Below the pieces are notes generated by a model. The model was given only the letters and a program-made list of their open reading frames with translations, was not told the DNA's origin and did not search any database. A DNA stretch of 64,000 bases from Nanobdellota archaeon (lineage in GTDB: Archaea; Nanobdellota; Nanobdellia; Tiddalikarchaeales; Tiddalikarchaeaceae): positions 4,553-68,552 of the forward strand of contig JAFGFH010000014.1 of NCBI GenBank assembly GCA_016931175.1, read 5' to 3'. Positions 45,253 through 54,830 of this stretch are shown here, one piece after another. Each line of letters opens with the position of its first letter. The first letter of the stretch is position 1. The position numbers were made by a program, and so were the translations under genes.

Positions 45253-46314
45253 ATGGCAGAAGAAGGAACTTTTTTTATTATTAACTTAGATGAGAAAGAG
45301 GAAATAGAAGAAGGAAGTTATGCTATTATTACTAAATTAGATGAGGTAGGGGAAGTAGGGGAGGAAAGGATTATCCCTTATGAGGAGATTAAACAATATA
45401 AAACAAAGGCGAGAGCAATTCAAGAACTTAAAAAGAAATATAAACTATATTTTTCTCCAACCATACAGTCAAACAAGATAGGTGAGAACTCCATTGCTAA
45501 TATAGGATATAACACATATCATAATAAAAGAATAATCTTGCCTTATGATTCTTTTAAAAAGTACAAGACTAGATTAGAGGCTGAAAAGAAACTAAGTGAG
45601 AAATTTAAAAAAAATGTCCAAATAACCGAAGGAACTCCTTTATTACAAGATACTGAAGCTTACATTGTTAAATTCGGCAAAAAAGGTTTCAAGTATTCAA
45701 AGGTTTTAAAATATAAAGACCTGAAAAAGTATAGAACTCTTGATTACGCAGTTTATGCGTTAAGAAAGAAGTACAATTCAACCCCTGAGTTTAATTCTAA
45801 GATCCCAACTAGGGAGTTGCAAGGAGAGATACATAAGAGTTATATTAATAAATTAAAGTATATTAAAAAAAGGTTTGGTATTAAGAATGCTTATTATCCT
45901 GGGTGTGGTATTGATATAACTCCTGCTGCAGTATTTGACGAGACTTTACTTCTTGACATAGGCCATACTCAGCTTATTATTCCAAGTGATTTAAAGAAGA
46001 AGTGTAAACTAGTTTACGGCAACGCAGAGGTTTATGAAGTTGGTAAGAATTATGATCTTATGATCTTTAGAAGATTTCAAGGCAGGGTCGAGTATACTAT
46101 TGACAGGTTCAAAGGCAAGTATATTCTAACAGATAATGATTTTAATCACGCTTTTTATATTAGGGATTATCGTAAGGAATTTAAATTTGTAGGAATAGTA
46201 GAGGAGGATAGAATGGTTAAAGAGACCACACTTCATGAGTCTCTTTACTTATTTGAAAGAGTTGATTTTAATTTTATTGAGATGGTCGTTAATGCTATTA
46301 AGAAGCTTATATAA
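45253..46314 (+). CDS. Hypothetical protein with three N-terminal Y-x-x-(I/F)KxYKT-type repeats and a methyltransferase-like GCG motif
   Basis: Repeats YEEIKQYKTKARAIQELKKKYK / YDSFKKYKTRLEAEKKLSEKFKK / KYKDLKKYRTLDYAVYALRKKYN. YYPGCGIDITPAAVF resembles SAM-binding motif I. Confidence 0.5.
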   Translation: MAEEGTFFIINLDEKEEIEEGSYAIITKLDEVGEVGEERIIPYEEIKQYKTKARAIQELKKKYKLYFSPTIQSNKIGENSIANIGYNTYHNKRIILPYDSFKKYKTRLEAEKKLSEKFKKNVQITEGTPLLQDTEAYIVKFGKKGFKYSKVLKYKDLKKYRTLDYAVYALRKKYNSTPEFNSKIPTRELQGEIHKSYINKLKYIKKRFGIKNAYYPGCGIDITPAAVFDETLLLDIGHTQLIIPSDLKKKCKLVYGNAEVYEVGKNYDLMIFRRFQGRVEYTIDRFKGKYILTDNDFNHAFYIRDYRKEFKFVGIVEEDRMVKETTLHESLYLFERVDFNFIEMVVNAIKKLI

Positions 46315-47581
46315 TCCTTTTTCCGTTCATGTAAGGCTGCAATACTTTTGGCACGTTAACCTTGCCGTCTTTTGTCTGGTTGTTTTCCATTATTGCAATT
46401 AATCCCCTCACGTCTACTATTCCTGTGTTGTTAAGGGTGTGAACGTACCCTTTCGGAGGTTTACCTTCCTCTTCCCTGTACTTAATATTCAACCTTCTCG
46501 CCTGGTAGTCTAAAAAGTTTGAACAGCTTCCTACTTCCCTGTAATTGTCCTGCCCGGGCAGCCAGGCTTCAATGTCATACTTCTTTGTGCAAACAGTTCC
46601 AATATCCCCTGTGCATATGTTCACAACACGGTAATGTATTCCTAAGCTCTGCCATAATTCTTCTGCAGTTTTTAATAAGAACTCGTGCATCTTCTTGCTC
46701 TCTTCAGGTTTGCAGTATATCATCATCTCTACCTTGTTGAACTGGTGAACCCTGAATATTCCTTTAGTATCTTTGCCGTGGCTTCCCGCCTCTGTTCTGA
46801 AGCAAGAGCTGAATCCGCAGAACTTAATCGGCAAATCTGTTTCCAGCAAAGTCTCATCCATGTAATAACTCGTTAATGGAACCTCGCTTGTTCCTATCAA
46901 GTACAGGTCTTCTTTCTCTATCTTGTACAAGTCTTCTTCTCCTGTAGGCAAGTAGCCTGTGCCGTAAAAACACTTCTTATTGCAGAACTGAGGAGTTATC
47001 ATAAAGGTTAATCCCTTGCTTCTGAAGAAATCAATTGCGTAACTGAAAAGTGCGAACTCTAATCTTGCCAAATCGTTTTTGAGGAAGTAACACCTTGCTC
47101 CTGCTACTTTAGCTCCTCTTTCAACATCGTACCAATCGTTTAACTCGCACAGTTCTTGATGGTTTCTTGGTTTGAAGTCAAACTTTGGCTTTTTAGAATA
47201 AGTTTTTATTGTTACATTCTCGCTGTCGTCTTTTCCTACTGGAACAGTAGGGTCCAGTATGTTTGGTATCCTGTCAAGCTTGTATTGCATTTTTTCAGCA
47301 ACACTTCTTATCTCTTCTTCAACTTTTTCTATTTTCTTGTTGTTCTCAGCCATCTTTGCTATCTGTTTCTTCTTTTCAGCATCTAATTTTATAGTGGCTA
47401 TCTCTTTGCTTACCTTATTTCTTAATTGTTTAAACTCGTCCCTTTTCTGAATTAGTTCCCTCCAATTTTTGTCTAATTGTACTATCTCGTCTACCCATGG
47501 CAGCATTTCCTTGTTGCCTCTCTTCTTCAAGTCTTCTTTTATTATTTTAGGTTTCTCCCTGAAAAGGTTTATGTCAAGCAT
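46307..47581 (-). CDS. serS: Seryl-tRNA synthetase
   Basis: N-terminal coiled-coil arm (MLDINLFREKP...), class II core motifs. 424 aa. Confidence 0.9.
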   Translation of the reverse strand: MLDINLFREKPKIIKEDLKKRGNKEMLPWVDEIVQLDKNWRELIQKRDEFKQLRNKVSKEIATIKLDAEKKKQIAKMAENNKKIEKVEEEIRSVAEKMQYKLDRIPNILDPTVPVGKDDSENVTIKTYSKKPKFDFKPRNHQELCELNDWYDVERGAKVAGARCYFLKNDLARLEFALFSYAIDFFRSKGLTFMITPQFCNKKCFYGTGYLPTGEEDLYKIEKEDLYLIGTSEVPLTSYYMDETLLETDLPIKFCGFSSCFRTEAGSHGKDTKGIFRVHQFNKVEMMIYCKPEESKKMHEFLLKTAEELWQSLGIHYRVVNICTGDIGTVCTKKYDIEAWLPGQDNYREVGSCSNFLDYQARRLNIKYREEEGKPPKGYVHTLNNTGIVDVRGLIAIMENNQTKDGKVNVPKVLQPYMNGKRII

Positions 47582-47623
47582 AATACTATGATAAGAGTAA
47601 TCATTTTAAAAAATTATTGAAAA

Positions 47624-48322
47624 CTAGTTCCAGAAACGCATTTCAACGTTTTTCTGACGCGCAGCCCAGCTTTTGAGTTTTTTTTCAAAATTAGGAGGGA
47701 AGAGTTTATCGTTCAAGCTTTTATCCATTACGTTATCGTTAGGCTGGAATCTCTGCAGTACTAGTTTTGAAGGACTCACTACTTCGTTGATTTTAATAAT
47801 ATCTTCCATTGAGTGCAGTGAGGGTGTAACAGTCATTCTGAACTCGTGAGCTATACCGCTGTTCTTCACCATTTTAAAGCTTTTATAGAATTGGTTGTAC
47901 ATTCTCTTGCATTTGGTAACATTTGCATAAGCTTCTTCATTAAATAAGCTTTTAACATCCATTGCTATAAAATCAAAGGTTTTATTCTCCATTAAACGCG
48001 TTAATCTTGTGGGAAATGTCCCGTTTGTTTCTATTCCTAAGTTAAGAGAATGATCTTTGCACCAATCTCTTATTTTAAGAATAGCGTCTTCATGAATCAT
48101 AGGTTCTCCTCCGCTGAGCATTACACTGTCAATAATTTGCAGGTTTTTTGTAATCTCGCTGAAAACGTGGCCTAAATCCTTCTTGTTTTTAAATCCTAAT
48201 TGTTTGCTGTTGTAGCAGAAACTGCATTTAAGGTTGCATCCTTGAAAGAATATTACTGATGCTAAGTGCCCAGGAAAATCTATGCTTGAAACGTCCTGCA
48301 CTCCTGCCAAGTAAATCTGCAT
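47624..48322 (-). CDS. Radical SAM activating enzyme (NrdG/PflA-like; likely activase for class III RNR)
   Basis: CNLKCSFCYN (CxxxCxxC) near the N-terminus. 232 aa. nrdD is 4.4 kb away. Confidence 0.6.
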   Translation of the reverse strand: MQIYLAGVQDVSSIDFPGHLASVIFFQGCNLKCSFCYNSKQLGFKNKKDLGHVFSEITKNLQIIDSVMLSGGEPMIHEDAILKIRDWCKDHSLNLGIETNGTFPTRLTRLMENKTFDFIAMDVKSLFNEEAYANVTKCKRMYNQFYKSFKMVKNSGIAHEFRMTVTPSLHSMEDIIKINEVVSPSKLVLQRFQPNDNVMDKSLNDKLFPPNFEKKLKSWAARQKNVEMRFWN

Positions 48323-48374
48323 ATAATTTAGATAAAATTAATCTATTTAAATAATTGTTGTAATATATTTACTA

Positions 48375-48908
48375 ATGAATAACAAGTCCCAAGAATTATC
48401 TCTTAATTTAATAGTTATAGGTTCTCTTGCTTTGCTTGTTTTGTTAATCGTTGGCGGCATTCTTATCTTTGGAGGGGGAGATTTATTGTCTGGTTTTACC
48501 AGCATTGGCGCTAGCGAGCAGGAAGTGACCCAAATCTCTTTTATAAACCATTGCAGGAGTTTATGCAATACACTTAATCTTAGGATGGACTGGGAACAGT
48601 TGGAGGACTCGCCAGAGCTTTTTTGGAAAGAGGTTAAGGATTACTGTTGCGAGCACTCAGATTTGGACAAGAGCGGAGGTTTGGACTATTACGGTGAGAA
48701 AGGCCCGGAGATATGTGCTTTAGCATTTGACTGCATGTTTGACACTCGATTGGCTTCAGAGTTCTGCGACGGCATTTACTTTAATAAATTAAATGGTTAC
48801 TATTATAGTTATTTATTCAGAACCATTACTACAACTGATGCTGGTGAGGAGTGGAGGTGCAATTATAATCCTCCTGGTTATAGTCCTGCAGGCAACTCTC
48901 CTATTTGA
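48375..48908 (+). CDS. Cys-containing secreted or membrane-anchored protein with N-terminal hydrophobic segment (possible class III/pilin-like signal)
   Basis: MNNKSQELSLNLIVIGSLALLVLLIVGGILIFGGG N-terminus. Confidence 0.4.
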   Translation: MNNKSQELSLNLIVIGSLALLVLLIVGGILIFGGGDLLSGFTSIGASEQEVTQISFINHCRSLCNTLNLRMDWEQLEDSPELFWKEVKDYCCEHSDLDKSGGLDYYGEKGPEICALAFDCMFDTRLASEFCDGIYFNKLNGYYYSYLFRTITTTDAGEEWRCNYNPPGYSPAGNSPI

Positions 48909-48953
48909 GTAATTAGTTAAAATTTTAAAAAATAACAGTGTTATATTATCTTT

Positions 48954-49532
48954 ATGTTCGTAGTGTTTGAGGGTATTGATGGAAGCGGCAAGTCAACTTT
49001 GTCAAAGATGCTTGCGTCTTATTTAAAGAAGAGTTCTGAGAAGGTTTTATTGTCAAAGTATCCCAGCAAGGGACCGGTTGGTAGTTTGATTAAAAAAAAG
49101 TTTTTGTATCAGGATTCAACTAGTGAAGTTGATTCATTCCTTTTCCTTGCTGACATGTTCGAGCAGGACAATAATGTTATAAAACCGTTGCTAAAGAAGA
49201 AGTTTCACATAGTAAGCGACAGGTATTATCCTTCATTCATCTGTTATCAGAGGATTCAGGGCTTTGACACTAAGCTCTTGTCAGATTTTTACAACCGTTT
49301 GTCAAAACCGGATATTGTTTTCTTTTTGAAGTGCGATGCTTTAACTTGTTATGAAAGGAATAGGAAAAAGAAGCGTTCAAAGTATGAGACTCTTTCTTTT
49401 CTTAGAAGAGTGGAGAAAGAGTATGAAAAGTTAGGCAACTATATTAAGGACAAGATAATAGTATTGGATTCCAGTAAACCGTTAAAGGAGGTTTTCAAAA
49501 AAGTTTTAAGTGAGGCAGGTAAGTTATTATGA
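48954..49532 (+). CDS. tmk: Thymidylate kinase
   Basis: P-loop FEGIDGSGKST. LID and DRY-like regions. 192 aa. Confidence 0.85.
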   Translation: MFVVFEGIDGSGKSTLSKMLASYLKKSSEKVLLSKYPSKGPVGSLIKKKFLYQDSTSEVDSFLFLADMFEQDNNVIKPLLKKKFHIVSDRYYPSFICYQRIQGFDTKLLSDFYNRLSKPDIVFFLKCDALTCYERNRKKKRSKYETLSFLRRVEKEYEKLGNYIKDKIIVLDSSKPLKEVFKKVLSEAGKLL

Positions 49533-50566
49533 ACAAGATTTACTTGTTCTATTTAATGTGCATTGGTATCAGTCTTACTTTCTTATCAACGTATTTCAGC
49601 ATATTCTTTCCTGATTATTCAAACAGTATTTTATATATAGTTACTATAATGTTTGTTTCAAGTATTTTGTTTTTAATGTTCCTTGAAGGCAAGGTTAAAA
49701 TATTTGCAAGCAAATTAATGGTTTTGTCCTCTTTCTTCTTGCTGTTATATTTCAGTTCTATAATAGTTAAAAACTTGTTTTTTCTTACTATTTTTGGGGA
49801 AGAGGTAATATCAGTTTTTTCTGCTTTCTTTTTCCTGTGCTCGGTTTCTTTAATGATGATTGCTTCTCTCAGTTTGAGGAATGAAGCATTTTTTAACAAT
49901 AATGGTTTAATAGCATTAATCTTCTCTCCTGTTATTATTTACTCTTTATGGGTTTTGTTTAATAATGCCTTGTTTAGTACATCAGAGATATTCTCTCAGG
50001 TTCCTTTAAGGCTTTTTATAATATTTTTCACTAGTATTTACTCATTTATTATTTTTTACAACCTCTTCTTTTCAGCAAGAAAAGTTTTAGCTTTGAAGGA
50101 CAAGTATTTCATAATAGCAGCAGGTTTTGCTGTCTTATTCTTATCTTCAGGTTTTAGGATTGCAAACTTCTTTTTTGAATTGTCTTCTATTTTTTCAGTT
50201 ATTGGAAGCTTCACTATTTGTTTCGGTTTAATGATTGAGTCAAGCTTAAACCTTCACCAGTACATGCTTAACGTAATGGTTGACTCTTTGTCTGAAAAGA
50301 AAAAGAAGGATTTCCTTAAATTTCTTAAGAATAGTTGCAGCAAGAGGAAGGATTTAATAATTAATATAAGTAATAAAGTAGTTATTGTTGACAATCCTTC
50401 TTTGTCTAACATTGATGAGAAACAGTCTTATGATAAGGTTATTATCTCTTCTTACAAGTGGTTCAGGAAGCACGTTAAAGGCAGCAGCGAATTGTTGAAT
50501 AATTTGAAAGTGTTTTACAACAAGCAGGCTTTCATGAGCAAGAAGCTTAACTTAATGCTTATTTAA
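49529..50566 (+). CDS. Polytopic membrane protein
   Basis: 345 aa. About 8 hydrophobic helices followed by a basic soluble tail. Confidence 0.5.
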   Translation: MNKIYLFYLMCIGISLTFLSTYFSIFFPDYSNSILYIVTIMFVSSILFLMFLEGKVKIFASKLMVLSSFFLLLYFSSIIVKNLFFLTIFGEEVISVFSAFFFLCSVSLMMIASLSLRNEAFFNNNGLIALIFSPVIIYSLWVLFNNALFSTSEIFSQVPLRLFIIFFTSIYSFIIFYNLFFSARKVLALKDKYFIIAAGFAVLFLSSGFRIANFFFELSSIFSVIGSFTICFGLMIESSLNLHQYMLNVMVDSLSEKKKKDFLKFLKNSCSKRKDLIINISNKVVIVDNPSLSNIDEKQSYDKVIISSYKWFRKHVKGSSELLNNLKVFYNKQAFMSKKLNLMLI

Positions 50567-52218
50567 CTGCTGTCCTGCTCGTAAGTTTTTTTATTCTTAA
50601 TGCAGAATTCTGCTTTTCCAAGCTCGCTTCCCAGATACATTAAATGGGAAGGATTTATTGAAGTTCCAGCCTCTGCTATATTATTGTATAAATCTTTTGC
50701 TGTTTTTCCTTTGAAGCTTTCAATCCCTGAGTGGTCTATTGGGTGTAAGAGTTTCACTATTATCTCTTCTTTTTCTACTTGTATTGTATAATCTCCTCTG
50801 GCATCTTTGAACTCGCTGCTTGTTTTGTAATACTTTTTCAGCATGTCTTCAACTTGTTTGTAATAGTGAGCGTATATTTGAGCGCTTCCTGAAACAATTG
50901 TTAGTATTCCAGGCTCTACTTTTATCCCTTCTGCTATCTCTTTTTGTATTGCAGCGCAGCCGTAAGCGTTGTCAGGCCAGCCTTGTGTCATGTCGTGGCT
51001 TCTGAAGAATACGAAGAGGTTTAGTTTCTCATCCTGAACCATTGCTTGTAATAATACCAGGCACGGGCTGCTTTTATGCTTCCTCATTAGTTCGTCCTGC
51101 ACGTGCCAAGTGATTGCAACGCAAGCTTTAGAGTAAATATCTCTTTTCAACACTTCTATTATGTCGCTGATTTGGTCTACTTCAGCGTAGCCTTTCACGT
51201 AATATTTAACGTTAGCGTCTATCCAAGGGCCTTTGCCGAACTCGTAATCTTTATACTCTGTCGTGTTTACTAATTCTTTTATCGGCTCGCTTGGTGTAAT
51301 ATAAGCGCGTAATTTGTTGCCGTAAGTGTAAGCCTTTCCTTCCGGAAGCAAAGGGCTTAGTATTTCTTTCTTGTAAGCCTCTATCTTTTCAATTGTTAAA
51401 GGCACTAAGAAGGGATTAATGCTTAAGTCAGTGTTTTGAGGGTCGTGTATTACTACAGTCATATTGTTTATCTCTTTCACCCACCTGTCAGTGTTAGCGT
51501 TCATTAAGTTTTTTCTGCCGTAAGTGTTTATTGCGTGTATCATTTTTATCCAAGCGTCTGGTATGTTGGAGCCGTGAACTATTATTGGTCCGCCTTCGTA
51601 AGGTTTGGTTTCTTCCTGTTTTGTGTAATCGTAATTTGATGGGTTGGAATAAGCTTCTTCTTTCTCTTTCTTCATTATTTCATTAGCTTTTGCAATCTTG
51701 TCCTGCAGTGAAGCATTTTTCATCTCAGTATTCAAGTCGATTAATTTCACATTATCTATAATTTTTTTTATCTCACTCGTTGGTATGTTCTTGTCAAAGT
51801 TTACTGCAGTCTCGAATCCCGGTATCTTCCTGTCCTCGTTTATTCCTTTTGTGAAGAAAGCTCTTAAAGCGTTCGCGCTGGTTAGTTCACTCTTAGTCTC
51901 GCACCCGTCCTTGCTCGCGTACTCTTCCCCTAATATTATTATATATCTTATGTAGGGGTTGCCGAGGAGGTTCCTGACCATGCCTTCTATTCCCGCTGGT
52001 GTGTAGAAATTAGTGGCTATTGCGAGATTATCCTTGTCCAACTGGGGGAGTACTGCGTCTCTCATCGTCCATAAGAATGTGACTGCGTAATTTGCAGGAG
52101 TAACTCTTAACTCTTTTGAGTGAGGATATGCTATCCTGTCTCTTACAGCGACTGGCCAGCCTTTCTCACCGTTGCTGCCAATCTGTGATTTAATAGAATC
52201 TAATATCTTCTCCTTCAT
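50563..52218 (-). CDS. Thymidylate synthase (ThyA)-family protein; the N-terminal ~330 aa region aligns only weakly to ThyA or not at all
   Basis: C-terminal region aligns to ThyA core motifs: ITWHVQDEL (as AWNVGEL), SPCLVLLQ (catalytic Cys, as PCHAFFQF), RSHDMTQGWPDNAYGCAAIQ (as RSCDVFLGLPFNIASYALL), GSAQIYAHYY (as GDTHLYSNH). The C-terminal ~220 aa carries these core motifs; residues ~200-330 show weak similarity to the ThyA N-terminal core, and the first ~200 aa have no recognisable motif. Confidence 0.65.
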   Translation of the reverse strand: MKEKILDSIKSQIGSNGEKGWPVAVRDRIAYPHSKELRVTPANYAVTFLWTMRDAVLPQLDKDNLAIATNFYTPAGIEGMVRNLLGNPYIRYIIILGEEYASKDGCETKSELTSANALRAFFTKGINEDRKIPGFETAVNFDKNIPTSEIKKIIDNVKLIDLNTEMKNASLQDKIAKANEIMKKEKEEAYSNPSNYDYTKQEETKPYEGGPIIVHGSNIPDAWIKMIHAINTYGRKNLMNANTDRWVKEINNMTVVIHDPQNTDLSINPFLVPLTIEKIEAYKKEILSPLLPEGKAYTYGNKLRAYITPSEPIKELVNTTEYKDYEFGKGPWIDANVKYYVKGYAEVDQISDIIEVLKRDIYSKACVAITWHVQDELMRKHKSSPCLVLLQAMVQDEKLNLFVFFRSHDMTQGWPDNAYGCAAIQKEIAEGIKVEPGILTIVSGSAQIYAHYYKQVEDMLKKYYKTSSEFKDARGDYTIQVEKEEIIVKLLHPIDHSGIESFKGKTAKDLYNNIAEAGTSINPSHLMYLGSELGKAEFCIKNKKTYEQDSS

Positions 52219-52454
52219 ATGTAAGAAAAGGATTAAATTAAGGGTTTATTAAGGTTTTCAATAGTTTTTTTTATTTAATACTTATTTTTAAAATAATTAT
52301 GAAATGTTTAGAAAGTAAGATTTTTTTTAAAAAATATTGATTTGCAGCAGATTAATGAGGGTTTATACGAAAGACAGCGTAGAGAGGTTGAAAAAGAAGT
52401 TAATAGCATGAATCGTTATACTCCCGGGCTTTTAAGAACAAAACTGGGATGAAA

Positions 52455-52718
52455 TTATTTCACGTGCAGTTTTAGTTCTTTGACTAACTGAGCTTTTGTC
52501 GGCGCTTCGCCGAAGAATAATGTTTCATCGTTTAATGCTATGCTTGGTGTTTCCATGACTTGGTACATTAGTCCTTCAAACAAGTCTGACTTAATATCCA
52601 CTACTCTGAAGTTCATGCCTATTTCTTTAGCAACCTCTTCGCACATTGCCTTAACCTTAGGACAGTTAGGGCAAGTTGGCATTGTGAATACAGTAATTAA
52701 ATCATTTGTCTTTTTCAT
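52455..52718 (-). CDS. Glutaredoxin/NrdH-like thioredoxin-fold redoxin
   Basis: CPNCP active site in an 87 aa protein. 4-nt overlap (translational coupling) with nrdD. Confidence 0.6.
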   Translation of the reverse strand: MKKTNDLITVFTMPTCPNCPKVKAMCEEVAKEIGMNFRVVDIKSDLFEGLMYQVMETPSIALNDETLFFGEAPTKAQLVKELKLHVK

Positions 52719-54769
52719 AGTTCATACCTGTACCTGTCTTTCATCTCAGCCTTTTTACCAGGGTTCCACGCCTTTACTGGGGTTAAGTATCCAGTAACTC
52801 TTGAATACCATTCTATTCTCTTGCTCCCGCAGTTCAAACATTGTTTAATCATGCCGTTCGTGCTTCTCCCGCAGTCCAAGCACTGGCTCATATCTTTAGT
52901 TAGGCTGAAATAAGAGCATAAAGTCTTGGTTGCTACTTTTTTAACAAAATCATTTATGGCTGCAGGGTCAGGGTCCTTGTCTCCCATGAACATGTGTGTT
53001 ATTGCGCCGCCCATTAGTAATGGGTGGAAGCTGCTTTCAATCTTTATCCTATCCCATAACGGAATCTTCGCACCTACGAATACGTGGCTGCTGTTAGTGT
53101 AATAAACGTTTTTGGTTCCTCTTTCTCCTTTCGCCAGGTTATTTTTATACTCCTGGTCTAGTTTAGCGAATCTGTTGCTTGCTGACTCTGCAGGAGTCTG
53201 AACCAGGCTCCACCTGCTGCCTGTTGATTTCTCCATTCTAAAAGTTTTGTCTTTCATGTGATTCAAGACTTTTAACCCAAACCTCCATGAATCCTTGCTT
53301 TCATGTAATTCCTTGCCTGTCATGAAGTGAACTAATTCGTTTAGTCCAACAAAGCCGAAACTGTTAGTGCTGGTGTTTATGTCAAAGTAAGGCTCTCCGT
53401 CAAACTCTTGGGTTAAGAAAGGAGCGCCTCCGTTAAGCAAGTACTTCCTGAGTATGTTTCTTTTAGCTTCAAAGACTTGTTTTGCAGTATCAAATGTTTC
53501 ATCTATTAATTCATACATCATGCCCTCGTCGCCTTTGCTTTCATAAGCGCATCTTGGCAGGTTTGTTGTTACTGTCTGCAGACTGCCAAACCTTAGCTTG
53601 CCTTCTTCTATTTGTTTCATCTGTTTGCTGTCAGGTATTAGGAAGTACCTGCAGCACTGGCTTTGAACTGCGTCCGGCATGTAAGGAGCTGCTAGGTTTA
53701 AAAAGTAAGGCACGCCGTATTTGCTTGCAAGCTTTGAAATCTCTAACAATTCCTTGTCGTATTTCTTGGTTCTTACAACGTTTCTTCTGAGTTTGAATTC
53801 GGGTTTTGGGAAGTTGAAGCTTTTGCCGTGGTAATCTCCTTCCATGTAAGTGTCAATGAATGCCTTTAGTATTAGTTTTGACTCGTCAAGATAGTTTTCG
53901 TATGTAACTCCCTCTTTAACAACCCCTCCTGGGAGTAGCGCTGTCTGGTTTTTTAAATAGTTTGGAGGGTCGAACTCTAAACTAACGCTTGTGAAAGCTG
54001 TTTGTCCTCCTCTGCTGAAATTAGTCATTGACAACTCGTAAATGAAGTATTGAATAACTTGTTTTATGTCCTCGTATTTCATTCCAACAACGTAAGGGGC
54101 GAGTACTACGTTTAAGAAGTCGTAGCCTTGTCCTCCTGAAAAACTAGTCTGGCTTGTTTGTAAAACCTTGGCTAGCTGCATAACTGCGCTGTTTAAGTGC
54201 TTTGCAGGTCCTGCTACAGCTGTTGAAACTCCTTTACCGTCAGTCTTAATGCCGTGTTTTAAGAATAGTCTTGCTGGGACTTCGAAGCAGAAAGGCCGTG
54301 TTACGAAATAATCAAGGTCATGAATGTGAATTTGCCCGCTCATATGGGCTTTACTGGCTTCTCTTGGAAGAACTCTTAGCAAGGCGTATTCTTTTGCAAC
54401 CCTGTCTCCCATTGATTTGTGGACGAATCCTGGATTGTAGTAAGTGTTGGCGTTTTCATCGTCCATGTTAAATATTAACTGTGTGACGTCGTATACTGGA
54501 AGACCAACCCTAGTGTATTTGTCGTGGGCTTCTGTAAGTCCTAACTGGAGCAGTTTAACATTAGCCATTTCCCTTATAAGAGAACCTGAGACATATTCAA
54601 CGTTTAATTTTTCCAATTCTTTTCTAACATCAGCTGCTACTTTTCTTGCAAGATTCTTTGGCAAATCAGCTTCTTTCTCAAGGCTTTCAACGATTTTTTC
54701 ATTATCCTGCTCTTCTAATCTCCCGCTGCTAGTCATTACAAGAATCTTTTTCATTATTTTATTAGACAT
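52715..54769 (-). CDS. nrdD: Anaerobic ribonucleoside-triphosphate reductase (class III, NrdD)
   Basis: 684 aa. C-terminal zinc ribbon CLDCG...CLNCGS followed by glycyl-radical motif RVTGY. N-terminal ATP-cone-like region. Confidence 0.85.
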   Translation of the reverse strand: MSNKIMKKILVMTSSGRLEEQDNEKIVESLEKEADLPKNLARKVAADVRKELEKLNVEYVSGSLIREMANVKLLQLGLTEAHDKYTRVGLPVYDVTQLIFNMDDENANTYYNPGFVHKSMGDRVAKEYALLRVLPREASKAHMSGQIHIHDLDYFVTRPFCFEVPARLFLKHGIKTDGKGVSTAVAGPAKHLNSAVMQLAKVLQTSQTSFSGGQGYDFLNVVLAPYVVGMKYEDIKQVIQYFIYELSMTNFSRGGQTAFTSVSLEFDPPNYLKNQTALLPGGVVKEGVTYENYLDESKLILKAFIDTYMEGDYHGKSFNFPKPEFKLRRNVVRTKKYDKELLEISKLASKYGVPYFLNLAAPYMPDAVQSQCCRYFLIPDSKQMKQIEEGKLRFGSLQTVTTNLPRCAYESKGDEGMMYELIDETFDTAKQVFEAKRNILRKYLLNGGAPFLTQEFDGEPYFDINTSTNSFGFVGLNELVHFMTGKELHESKDSWRFGLKVLNHMKDKTFRMEKSTGSRWSLVQTPAESASNRFAKLDQEYKNNLAKGERGTKNVYYTNSSHVFVGAKIPLWDRIKIESSFHPLLMGGAITHMFMGDKDPDPAAINDFVKKVATKTLCSYFSLTKDMSQCLDCGRSTNGMIKQCLNCGSKRIEWYSRVTGYLTPVKAWNPGKKAEMKDRYRYEL

Positions 54770-54830
54770 TTGTCTATGTTTTTTAAATTATTACTCTAAA
54801 TAATACAATAAACAGAATATATATTATTGA

